The translations under genes and the position numbers were made by a program. Shown one piece after another: positions 51,001-62,381 of a stretch of DNA of 64,000 nucleotides. Positions within the stretch are counted from its first letter, which is position 1. Every line of letters starts with the position of its first letter. The DNA is from Phoronis australis (taxonomy: Eukaryota > Animalia > Phoronida), in assembly GCA_002633005.1 (NCBI GenBank), contig NMRA01000277.1, positions 124,001 to 188,000 on the forward strand, read 5' to 3'. The notes beneath the pieces are model-generated. The model was not told the origin of the DNA, did not search any database, and was given only the letters and a program-made list of their open reading frames with translations.

Positions 51001-51932
51001 TTCTTTGGATTGCTTGTTGGCGTAAAGCTTTTCAAAATATGTTTGGTATATTATGATCAACTTCGAGAGACAAGTTAACATTGGAGCCTGTGAAAGTTAA
51101 AGGCCGAGAAGGTGTCATCGTGCTGATGATTGACGTGGGACCAGAGAAGCATCATCTGTTTAGAATAAGTAAAGAAATTCATTGTTTGTTCATATGTCAC
51201 ATTACTAAAGACATCTACTGTCCCCAATTTCCTAGGTTACATAAGACTATTATGCTGCATAGCAACAGTGACGTAGCATTAACACTTGGTCGACACGTTG
51301 GCGGTGTTAAACAATGTGCTTGACGTCATGCAACAGTCAAGCTTATACAGCCTACAAATTTCGCAGTTTTGTGCAACCCAGCCCAGGTGTAGTTTTACTT
51401 TTGTTTGATTGCATATTCAGTTTAATTTGATAATATCGGTCATTCTACACCGCAAACTCAAAATGATTAAGATTTTGAGTAAAAGTGGCATACTTCGGTA
51501 GGAAAACGATTTTTCATATTTCCAAAATAATCATTTGCTGTTTCTAAAACTCACTTCCGACCATTGTTCTCAAGCATGATAAGTTAATTTAAGAATGCAA
51601 GAATTACTAATAAACATAATTCTTTTGTCTTTTGTTTGCTTGTACTTTATTTTTCAAGATTTGGCAAATGATTACGCTGACTTTGATCATAAATTCACTA
51701 TCAGGTAAAGAGATGATTACATGTGCCTCTCCTGCCAAACAACTATGAACAACCTAGCTCACAAATGTCCAGTGTACCAGTTGCAATGGGTAATTTTGTA
51801 AAACAACAAGCCCAACGTATAGTTCTGCTAATTTGATTTCTGCTGCTTGTCATATCGTAATCACACAAGAACTTCGAACTTGCCAGTGCATACCACAAAT
51901 TCCCACTAATAAGGTCAGGTGTTTGCGGGCAA

Positions 51933-52646
51933 AATAGAGAGATTTCGCAAAGTGACGTGAATGTGAATTATCACGCATACATAACTGCGCGTGCCGATTC
52001 ACGTTGCGGTAAGAAAAATGGGTTACTCAACAGCTAAATTCTGACGTGAACGTGAAAGAACACGTGAACTGAATAAGTGAGCTCAGGAAGTCCAGTTATT
52101 GTAGGCTAGTTTTACAAAAAAGGTTGTCAGCTAGTTTGCAAAAAATTTCACTCTGCCAGTGCAACTTCTTTTACGTGAAAAAGTGGTTTCTACGAACTCG
52201 TGCGAGAAATGGACAACTCTTAGAAAGCGAAATTTACTTGCAGTTTGAAATAGATGCATGTAAAATAGGCATGTAGAAAAAATTAAGAACACAAATTTAT
52301 ATCTGAAAAAAAGCATTCTAGTTTGATGATATCTAGCGAACTCCAGCAGAATAAGGATTTTGGAAAAGGTGCTTTCTTGCAAATAAACTTTAAGAACATT
52401 TATAGAAAAAATAGTGTCCATTTTATACTGAAGCAAATAAGAAAGGTTCAGAACACTATCAAAATAATAATCGTTTTGATGTCTTGCCAAATAAGAATTA
52501 AAAAGGACTCAAAAGTTTCGCGTTTAAGCGACTCTCTCTCGTAAAATACGCAAACGCTATCGGGATTACGTCACAGCCAACAATGGCATGTGTGACGCGG
52601 AATTATGTTATGCGTGATGATTCACGCTTTGGGAAACCTCTCTATT
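51933..52646. mobile_element. Unclassified MITE with AATAG...CTATT ends
   Basis: aatagagagatttcgcaaag...gtgaattatcacgcata versus tatgcgtgatgattcacgctttgggaaacctctctatt. Confidence 0.6.
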
Positions 52647-52969
52647 ATATATAATAAACGGAATTCCAGATCACTTATACATGTAACCATATATAAGAAA
52701 CATAAAGCTTGGGCACTAAAACTTTGCCAAGCCCAGGCTCCCAACTTCATGACCGTCCAAAATCCAAATAAAATCTGCGTGCACCTCCCTCAGTCTGGTG
52801 TTACATTAACCTTCGAAGCCTTATCTTTCCTAGATTCCATTAACTGTCTTCGTGAGTGGTGAATTGGCGATGGAATTTCCAAAACAATCTCAAAACTCTG
52901 AATTCAAGGACCTAAAATAGTAAACATGGCGGATTTCAGTTGTGCTTCAACTTGTACGCCTGTCGTAGG

Positions 52970-54082
52970 CACAGGCGCTTGGGTTTATCGCAAATGACGT
53001 CACAATATATATATAAGAAAACATAAAGGTTGGACACTCGAAATCTGTTTGCTCAGAATTTTCTACTCAAATGTGCATGGAACTCCACGAAACTAGCATC
53101 GGACAACTCTTAGAATACCTTCTTTCATTTGATCTCTTCAAATTGCCTTCGAGTGGTGATTTGGCGACAAAAATGCCAAAAGAATGCCAAAATCACAAAT
53201 TCAAGGACCTGATTCCGTGATGTCATGGCAGACGGTCTTCGCACATCCGGGTTTTGACCGACGCTCCCGAGCTAAATCCGAAAGTCTAATTTCGCGCGGC
53301 TTTCGCCGTCAATCCATCGACTACTTGATCATGAGAAGCAGAGAGCACTTTATTGCCAAATAAATGTAATTACTCACATATTTGTGTCAAATATAAATTA
53401 TCCTGATACTGTATTGATATGCGAAGTTTTTTGTGTACTGTGATTTCTTATGAAGGTTTTATTTTTGGCCAAAACCATTGAGTTAACTCGTCGGCCACGC
53501 GCATTGTAATACTTGCACGGGCTGCGTTTCCTGGCCGGGTGTGTGTTGTGCTTCAATCAAAAAAGTGCGTGATGTCAAGATGAGAAACAAGATACGCCAG
53601 TTTATGTAATAAAGTTCTAAGTTAAGGGCTAAAATGAGCCGTCAGTTGAATTAAGTTACAAATAAGCATTAAAATACTAACTTTAACGTTCTCAATTAGT
53701 TGAGTTTTGGATTAGAATTATTGAATTTGAAATATAGGTTGCTTGCTCAAACTCGAAGTTTCACCTACGTCAGGCGTACAAGTTGAAGCACAACTGAAAT
53801 CCGCCATGTTTACTATTTCAGGTCCTTGAATTCAGAGTTTTGAGATTGTTTTGGAAATTCCATCGCCACTTCACCACTCACGAAGACAGTTAATGGGATC
53901 TAGGAAAGATAAGGCTTCGAATGTTTATGCAATACCAGGCTAAGGGAGGTGCACGCAGATTTTATTTGGATTTTGGACGGTTGAAGTTGGGAGCCTCGGC
54001 TAAACAGATTTCGAGTGTCCAACCTTTATGTTTTCTTATATATATATTGTGACGTCATTTGCGATAAACCCAAGAGCCTGTG
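52970..54082 (+). mobile_element. Non-autonomous P-superfamily MITE, copy 2, nested in the arm of the large element
   Basis: ~81-bp TIRs CACAGGC(G/T)CTTGGGTTTATCGCAAATGACGTCAC... and a perfect 8-bp TSD GTCGTAGG (52962-52969, 54083-54090). Confidence 0.9.
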
Positions 54083-54269
54083 GTCGTAGGGGAATCTTCG
54101 AGTTTTAGCAAGCAACCTATATTTCAAATTCAATAATTCTAATTCAAAACTCAACTAATTGACTAAAAAACATTAATTACAGGCGGTCTGATACACGTTG
54201 TACATGACGTGCGCAGGCCTTGCATGTGGGCCCATTGCACTGATCACCTGGAAATATTTTTATGCTTTA

Positions 54270-54403
54270 TTGACATATGGTAAAACCGAGCTGAGGAGCT
54301 AGAAACCTGGCTCAAGGGTTTAGCAGTGCGATCTCGTGGGGCATGAACCCACGACCTCGAGTAAAGAAAGCGGGCACTTATCAACCAGGCCACACTGCCT
54401 CCT
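54270..54403 (-). mobile_element. tRNA-derived SINE 5' fragment
   Basis: The reverse complement reads ggaggcagtgtggcctggttgataagtgc... (A-box-like) ...gaggtcgtgggttcatgcccc (B-box-like), followed by cccttgagccagg. Confidence 0.55.
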
Positions 54404-55166
54404 CCAAAATTGTTCTTTACGAAGATGTTATTTTTTGTGAACAAAATGACTCAACGCAGTTATTAACAATGTCTTAAATCCTCATCTTAAACAGTAATTA
54501 GCCATTCGTTCATTAAAAGTAGAGCGGTAGAACATTTTTTTCTCGTTTTCAAAAATTGCTTCCATGGGAAAGATAATGCATCATAATCAATAAAAATCGA
54601 AATTGGGGCCAGAATTATAAAGTTATTGCAATTTTTGCGACGAAATTTGGGTCACGTTTGTTTGAATCGAGTCGGCCATCTTGGACGACAACGGGATAAG
54701 TTACCAATTTAATAGCTTTGTACAAATTGTTTTCACCCATACTGTACGACGAAATTTAGTGATATATATCTTTACTTACTATTCCGAGCGATTCAACAGT
54801 TTTCAACAAATTTCATTATCGCAGATGTCACTTATTGAGTCGTAAATGTGCTTACAATTCTCGTTGGTGGCACCGTCAACATGGCGACTTTTGCTGAACT
54901 GAAAGGCATGTTCAACCGGCCAATTTGTAATTTGTGAAGATTTAACGTTGGTACATTTCGTCAAAAGCTACTACAAAAACACAACTTTGTCCAATTATAA
55001 CGTTTTTGTGCAAAAAATAGGAATATTCTAATTATTTTACTGCGTATTTCCCATTCAGGTTGTCTTACTAAGCTAAAAATAGTTGTCAAGAAATATTTTT
55101 TTCAATGTTTTTTTGTTTGACAGTCAACTGCTATTCAGCATTTAATTAAAACTCTAATTATTCCAG

Positions 55167-56127
55167 GTCTCATTTTACAGCGTCGCCGTACGACCACAAG
55201 TACCTAACTGTTAACATAACAAATCCAGCGCAACTGCTAGCTCTGTCTCAGGACATCAAACACAATTTAAAAAAGTTAGAAACGGGATTGGAAATAGTGA
55301 TGATGAGCCCAAAAGCACGTGAAATATTATTTTGGATGAAAAGCCAATACAGTGGAAGATGTGGGTTAGTACGAAATGTTAGGTAACATATACAAATGAC
55401 AATACAATGACAAAAATATTCGTAAAAATAATTAGACGTATCATGAAAGGTATGCAATTTTTATTTACTAATTTAATACAATATTTTGATCAATGGGACA
55501 GACAAACCAATGCAAGGTTAATTTGTCAACACATCACGGATGAGCATTTATTTCCAAATCAATCCGAAATGATGAGGAACCACTTAGCGGAGCAAGTTTT
55601 AAACAAAGAATTCCTTGTACTTATGAGGGCATACAAAGCTTCGTTAACGGATGCCGGTTACTTAGATGGCGCAATCAAACTCCTTGAAAACACGAGTAAA
55701 GTCATTGCCATATTCAACGACAGTAGAGCGATTGTTAGCTTGGAAGATGAAAGACTCAAGGTGCTTTCCGAGCAGTGGCGGCAGCAGACATCTGGTTCAC
55801 CAAAGGCAAATTTGTCAAAAGAGTGTCTTGACGACATGGAAAACAAGCCTCCTCACAGTTCCCGAGATATGTCGACTCCATCTCGAGAAGTTTCCCGACG
55901 GATCAATTGTTCCCTCTAGGTTCAACAGAGATGTACTGGAGAACCACTTTTGCCAAACACGGAGTGTAAACGGCACAAACAACAACTGTCACACTGTCAA
56001 TTCTGTCGTTCTGGGACAAACGTCTCTGAGTTCCGCAAAGAAATCTAACGCTGGTCTGAAGGCTGCGAAACCGTATGATGTATGCATACCGAAGAGAATC
56101 GTATCTAGGAAGTTGAAAGTGGTGTAG
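55167..56127 (+). pseudogene. P-element/THAP9-like DDE transposase, C-terminal part, with frameshifts and a stop
   Basis: QDIKHNLKK/(V)RN (D-x-x-H motif, 1-bp frameshift), IQWKMW, ITDEHLFPNQSEMMRNHLAEQVL and SRFNRDVLENHFCQTRSVNGTNNN (cf. nQDplEnfF..iR..gG.n.nP, catalytic E). Confidence 0.8.
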
Positions 56128-57260
56128 ACCATTATCACATATTCATATCATGACGATTTTGTCACGCATCTAGTGCCTACCATTTCAAATGGTGTTAATA
56201 CTGTTCGTACAGTTATTTTCCTGTTGTTTTCATGACAGTGGTGTTAATATTGTAGTCTCTCTGTTGCTAACACATCGTCACGATTTGGTCAAGCAAGGAG
56301 TGCATAACATTTCAAGTAGGATTCATATCTTCGTAGATTTTCAATGTCTGTTGCTATCATATTGTGACGATTTGTTCCAGGAACGATTGCTTGCCATTCA
56401 ACCAATGGCGTTTAAGCTGTTCAGTTAGTAGAGCTGGTTTTGTCCTGCTGATATCTCCTCGAAGTGATTTGGTCACGCATCGAGTGTTTGGCATTGATGG
56501 TGGTGTAAATAGTATTTGCACAGTTGTTTTTCTGTTGTTATCATATCGAGGCAATTTAGTCATTGAACGAGTGTTTACGATTTAAAGTAGTGTCGATACT
56601 GTTCACAGATTTTTAAAATATGTTGCTATCATATCGTGACGGTTGGGTCACTCATCGAATGTTAAGCTTGCCTGTAGAATTATTTTTCCCGGTACTTTCT
56701 TCTTGAGTCCATGTGGTCTTGCATCGTGTGTTTACTATTTCAAATGGGGTTAATACTGTTCGTTATATTTTGTGTCTGTTGATATCTTATGGATAAATTT
56801 GGTCACGCTTACCGAAGAGGATCGCATATGGGAAGTTGAAAGTGGTGTAGACCAACGTCACATATTCATATCATGATGATTTTGTCATGCTGTAACTAGA
56901 ATTATTTATCCTGTTGATATCACATCGAAGCGATTTGGTCACGCATCGCATGGGGCTCGAACACNCCCCCCCCCCCCCACCCGCCAATTTGGCGAATTGG
57001 GCAAAAAGGTCAGTCTCATTGAATGAAAGTCAGAGTAAACGAAACAAAAGTCCACAAAAGACACAGCAAATGGGCGCAGATGATGCGCAATTCGTAAGCC
57101 CGAACTTAGAATCCTGTCCTCGTTGATTTTGTTCGGTAAAAGGTCCTATAACTAGAAATTCGAGCCCCTCTATATTTCTGGGTGCGTGCATGCATCGAGT
57201 GTTTAACATTTGAAATGTGGTTAATATTATTAACAAAATTATTTTTCCTGTCGCTATCAA
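56109..57260. repeat. Degenerate ~90-bp tandem repeat, plus a duplication of the transposase 3' end (56109 and 56832)
   Basis: Recurrent gatttggtcacgcatcgagtgttt...ggtgttaatactgtt...ctgttgctatca. ggaagttgaaagtggtgtagacc occurs twice. Confidence 0.6.
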
Positions 57261-57381
57261 CTAGATTCGATTTGGCCGTGTCGAATGTGTACCAATTAAT
57301 TGTCCATTTTATTAACTTACAATATAATGGTTAACAGTCACAGTGACATCTTTTCAACACCTTAGTGGACATGTCACTCAC

Positions 57382-58418
57382 CAGTCATGTCAAGTAGATA
57401 ATACGAGTTCGTTCTTTCCACGTCGTAATTTGTCGCAAATATTTTTATGGGTGTTTTTCCGGGAGGCAAATTTCTTTCCATTCTACGCATTAACGACCTT
57501 GAGCTGTCCATCAAATTTCCAGTGCTCAGCTGATGGATGGTTGTTACTAGATCAACTGAAGGACAAGGGAAGGAAATGTTAAAGTACTTGCTACTGACCA
57601 TCACTTTAAGCGAAACCTCTAATAAATAGTAGTGATGGATTGGCTTGATTAGATTACTATTCATAAATTGTGATTTTTATGCTCATGAAAATCGAAAGTT
57701 TATAGAGTAAACATTATCACGGTAACCCGATATTAAATTGTTGCCGAATGAGCCTCGCCCGCATTCACAGACAGTAATTACATGAAACATAATGTTTCAA
57801 GATAACCAGGGCGAACTTCAGCGTAAAAACGAATCAGTTTGATCATAACGGGTAGTGACTTATTCTGGTTTTGTCTGTGTACGTTTCTTAAAATAAATAC
57901 GTGCGGAACCAGTTACTTTAACTCTTGTTCATGTAGAGCAACACTTTCGCCGGGGTCACCATATACTTCACAGCGCACTGGCTTCATTTGGAAGAAGTCA
58001 CCGGTCAGCATAACCTGCAAACCACCAAACGGCTGCTCCTTTCCTCTTAGTTTTCGAAATATATATTCAACTTGCATAAATGTTTTCCAAGATAATGTGG
58101 ATACCTCATCAATTATTAATAAGTCGAGTGTTGACAATCTTTTCTTTAGATCAATGAAATCCAGTTCCTCATTAATTTTGTGGAAGAGCTCCTCGTTTGA
58201 AAATCTCCCATCTCTGGGGCTACAATAGTGATGTAAAGTTTCTCCTCCAATATTTGATGATGCAATTCCAGTCGGTGCGGTTAAAGCAACATTTTTGTCA
58301 ATAACTGTTCGTATGTCATAAGCTTTTTGATTAATGTAGATTTTCCAGTCCCTGGTTGCCCGCAAAGTAAAATATTATGACCAGTGAGCACTGCTCGAAG
58401 AACATCTGCTTCTGACAT
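57382..58418 (-). pseudogene. Stand-alone PIF1-family (SF1B) helicase remnant; exon 1 ~58418-57860, exon 2 57555-57382
   Basis: ATG at 58418 gives MSEADVLRAVLTGHNILLCGQPGTGKS (Walker A). After a frameshift come VALTAPTGIAS, GGETLH, LLIIDEVS and PFGGLQVMLTGDFFQMKPV, then a stop and FILRNVHRQ. An exon with AG/GT boundaries encodes IFATNYDVERTN. Confidence 0.88.
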
Positions 58419-59847
58419 GTTACATTTAGTAAGCTAAAAATGATCGAACTTCAAGAAACGCAGTACGTGCGAGTATTACAATGCACGTGGCCGAAGAGTT
58501 AACTCAATGGTTTTGGCCAAAAGCGTAACCTTCATGAGAAATCACATTACACAAAATCAACTTTGCATATCAATACAGTATCAGGATAATTTATATTTGA
58601 CACAAATACGTGAGTAATTACATTTATTTGGCAATAAAGTGCTCTCTGCTTCTCATGATCAAGTAGTCGAGGGATTGACGGCGAAAGCCGCGCGAAATTA
58701 GACTTTTGGATTTAGCTCGGGAGCGTCCGTCAAAAACCCGGATGTGCGAAGACCGTCTGCCATGACATCACGGAATGAGGTCTTTGAATTTGTAATTTTG
58801 GCATTCTTTTGGCATTTTTGTCGTCAAATCACCACTCGAAGGCAATTTGAAGAGATCAAATAAAAGAAGGTATTCTAAGAGTTGTTCGATGCTAGTTTCG
58901 TGGAGTTCCATGCACAATTGAGTAGAAAATTCTGAGGAAACAGATTTCTAGTGTCCAACCTTTATGTTTCCTTACATGTAGTAGTGAGTGACGTCAGGAA
59001 CAGATAAACCCAAGCGCCTGTGTCAAAAACAGCCACAGTTCGCTCTGACAGGTATCCTTGCAACCGTCTTCGTTTCGTTAAGTGAAGTCGCCATTCACTT
59101 TTATTCGGTAACCGACCGTTTTTTAATTACGAACGATTCTTGGTCGTGGAGGGTCTACCGGATGTTTAGCCTTGGTACAAAGCTGTATACTAAATATACA
59201 CCGATATGGGTAAAAAAGTGGTAAGGCACAGATTTGTTTTAAAACTTGAAATTTGAATGACTTAAACACACCTTCATGTACGGACACTATTATAGCAACG
59301 GCATTAACTCCATTGCATCGTTATTTTGAGGATTTTTAATGGAGCGCGACAACCTGCCTCCATGCGCATTCATCTGTTTAGGCATGGACATCTTTTGGTA
59401 TACAGCGAAACGATTACGAAATGATCCGAGGCAAAATGCCCAGCACGGGACTTGGGCACGAGCGACTAATGAACGCTTAGTCTATGCCTCACTTGAAATT
59501 GAAAAAGAAGAATAATGAATGTAGTGTAAGTTTATATGTATATCCTTGTTTGTAAACCACATTACGAGAGAAATAATTTCTCGCAGCTATTTATGATATT
59601 ACGAAACCGAATTGTTGCATAATGATCCAGCCAGAACTCAGTCACTGCTGAACAAATAGGAGATTTTCTAAGTTTGTGTTTGCCCATCCCCAAAATAAGA
59701 AATAATTGAGCGTTTTCTCAGTTGATTCACAAAGGGTTCTGTTGTGTTTTTTTTTGATAAATGAAATGAAGTTCTATCGCGGTTTCAGGATCTTATTTTT
59801 TAAACTCACATGAGTTTTTGTAATCATGTTTCGGACAAGAGGATAAC

Positions 59848-61276
59848 ATGACAGCTGCATTGGATGTGCTGGAAGTAGTTTCCTTAAAACCGGAACAGCG
59901 GTCAGTTATGGATCTTCTGAAGCGGGGTAAAAGCTGCTATGGTGCTATGCCCACAGGTTCTGGAAAGAGTTTATGTTATCTGCTACCACCACTTCTTCAT
60001 AATTTGGTAATTTAAAAAAAATTTAAATACAAATTACATTCAACTGTTATTGTTCAACAACTTATAAAAATCGTCTTAAAAATGTCAACATTTTAGGTGT
60101 AATTTATTTTTTGCAGAATCATCCAACGTCGCCGACCCATTTCTCAATTGTCAAACTACCCTTAAAACCGTTAATTATGGATCAAGATAGAAGGTGTAGA
60201 GACCGGAAAATTAAGTGTAAAGTCATGAAGTCATCACATGATCATTGTAAGAATTACTTTTTCAAATATCATTTACTCAATGAGCTCATTCGGAATTTCA
60301 TCTTTTAATAACAATATATTTATTTAACCATAGAAAGTTACCTGTGAAGATGGTTAAATTCCATAGCATTTTCGCCGTATCAGATCAGCTACATGTTTCT
60401 GCAGCAACTCGTTGCTATGATTCGTAATACTGATATCGTATGTCATAGGCGGATTTAAAGGGAGGGGGCAGCCCCCCCCCCTTGGATGCCGCAAAAAATA
60501 AAACGTCAAGAGCGTGAGAAAATATTGACTTGATTAATTTACCCCGGTAATGAACATGCGACTGAAGCAAGACTTAACAATGTGTGCAGTTTTAGTTTGT
60601 GTGTGCGTGGGAAGGAGGGGGGGTTAAACCCGATTGCAAGTGTCCGATTCAGACTCCCGGCGCAATCGTTTCCTTCTTTTTTTAGTAGCCAGTTTGTTTC
60701 GTAGTAAAAGGTCCACATCCTCAACAATTGGAACCCACCTACATGTACTGGGTGCGTGCATGCTATGAAGCATGTTGACCCCCCCCCCCTTTATGATATC
60801 CTAGATATGTAAGTAGTGCTGTAGATACACCATCGTTTGCTTAACGATTGTTATTTGTTTTCTGGTGTCATTACATTCATAGCCTCGTAGTGTTTAAAAT
60901 TGCATGTGTAAAATAGAAGAACATTTAAAATTATTGATTGATATTCAGCACAATTTTCTGTGAAACCGGATAGTATCATCAGAGTTTTAGTTTCAACACT
61001 TGCGTTTGGAATGGGCGTTCAGGTGGACGATATTAGCAATGTTATACATTGGGGTAGGGCCTCGTTTACGTTGTCGTACTGTCAAGAGGTTGGAAGGTGT
61101 GGTCGTGGTGGCAGCCACTCATTGGCTGAACTATATGCAGTGGTAAGTCTTTTCCATTAATGAATGACAAGGTCACTTTTGTTAGCAAAATTATAATGAC
61201 TTACTTCCAACTAAAGAACCAAGATGAATTCAAAAGCACCACTTCAAATTGTTGTAACCGTTGTGAGGAAGACTAG
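59848..61276 (+). pseudogene. Spliced RecQ-family helicase remnant (AcademH-type)
   Basis: Exon 59848-60006: LKPEQ...MPTGSGKSLCYLLP. Exon from 60117: IVKLPLKPLIMDQ (motif Ia). Exon ~60949-61142: VLVSTLAFGMGV...VIHWG...YCQEVGRCGRGG (motifs V/VI). C-terminal CCNRC. The DEAH region was not found. Confidence 0.85.
60445..60808. mobile_element. Degenerate GC-rich MITE in a RecQ intron
   Basis: cataggcggatttaaagggagggggc ... ccccctttatgatatcctagatatg, similar to the end at 50190-50223. Confidence 0.4.
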
Positions 61277-62381
61277 ACCAAAATAACCGACTTCTTGTAA
61301 ATTACAGTAACTAAGAAATAAGATTGTTATGGGCGATGTGACGTGAATGTGGTTCACCTTATTACCTCGAGATCTTTTGTTATTTTTTTATTTTCACGTG
61401 GAATGACTCTTAAGACCTAATTCCATTGCAACTGTCTGGTTACTAATTATGAAACTGTATGAAGTTTGTATCGCCCGTGTCAATTTGATATCTTGTAATT
61501 GTTGTAATATGGCCCATGACAATTTGCAAACATTCAATAAAATTTTGTGGTGATGGCATAGTTGTATTCACATTTCCCTCAGTGTTCCAACACCGAATCA
61601 AAAATTACTTTTTTTTGTCTAACGACAGCTCTCATTTCCCTACGATCAGCGTCAAAGCATTTGGAAAAACTAACTGGATTATACAACACGTTACAGTAAC
61701 TTTAGGTTTTAACATGCCGGCTGCACATAATTTAACGGTCTCCGTAACATTTTCTATGGTCGTAGGTAACCGCCTCATCCCATTTATAAACATTTTCAAT
61801 CTGTTAACCTTGAGCCCAATTGTTTTACTGCGTCTTACACATATTAAAAATTAACGGAAAGTGGGCAATGGATGGCACTGTTACATGCCTACAGCATATA
61901 GTGCATGACAACAATTGGAAAGTATGTCCTTTTTCTTAAAGAAACGGGTAGATCTGAAGAATTCCTTAACAAAAACCATGACGGGGCTCTTGTGCTTTAG
62001 CTCAGGTGTTTTGGGCAGTCTGTACAACCATGAGGCCTGCGCACGTCTGATGCATCGCAAATGACATCAGGCCACCTGCACTTTTTTAGTTACTTATCAT
62101 TCTTAAAAAATCAATTCTCTGTATTTTATGCTTCAATCCTTTTACATTCTAACACAAACATTTCCATGGCGACTTGCCTAACTTCAAGTGCTGGACTGGC
62201 TTTGCTTGAGAAGGACTAGCCATGTGGAACACTTGACCTTTATGCCAACAACGGCTTAATTGTGTTTGGGTTGATGGGTTGAGTGGGACAGCATTAATCG
62301 TGAAGGAATTATGACTACATGTATTGTTTATTTTACGCTTCGTGGACCTCTCTGGATCTCTGGATATCCACGCTGTATCTC

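Larger units (their letters stand above)
52689..59022 (-). mobile_element. Decayed P-superfamily DNA transposon carrying transposase and PIF1 helicase remnants
   Basis: 58454-59022 is the reverse complement of the MITE left arm, ending in the TIR ...aaacccaagcgcctgtg. 52689-52969 plus 54091-54161 is the reverse complement of the MITE right arm (outer TIR lost). Coding remnants lie between. Confidence 0.7.

Noticed and set aside
54320-54403. Possible tRNA gene
   Set aside because: The B-box is degenerate and no complete cloverleaf can be formed. It is better explained as a SINE head.
57382-58418. PIF1 as the autonomous Helitron/Helentron partner of the 41.7-48 kb array
   Set aside because: No Rep/HUH domain precedes the helicase, and it lies within P-like arms rather than Helentron termini.
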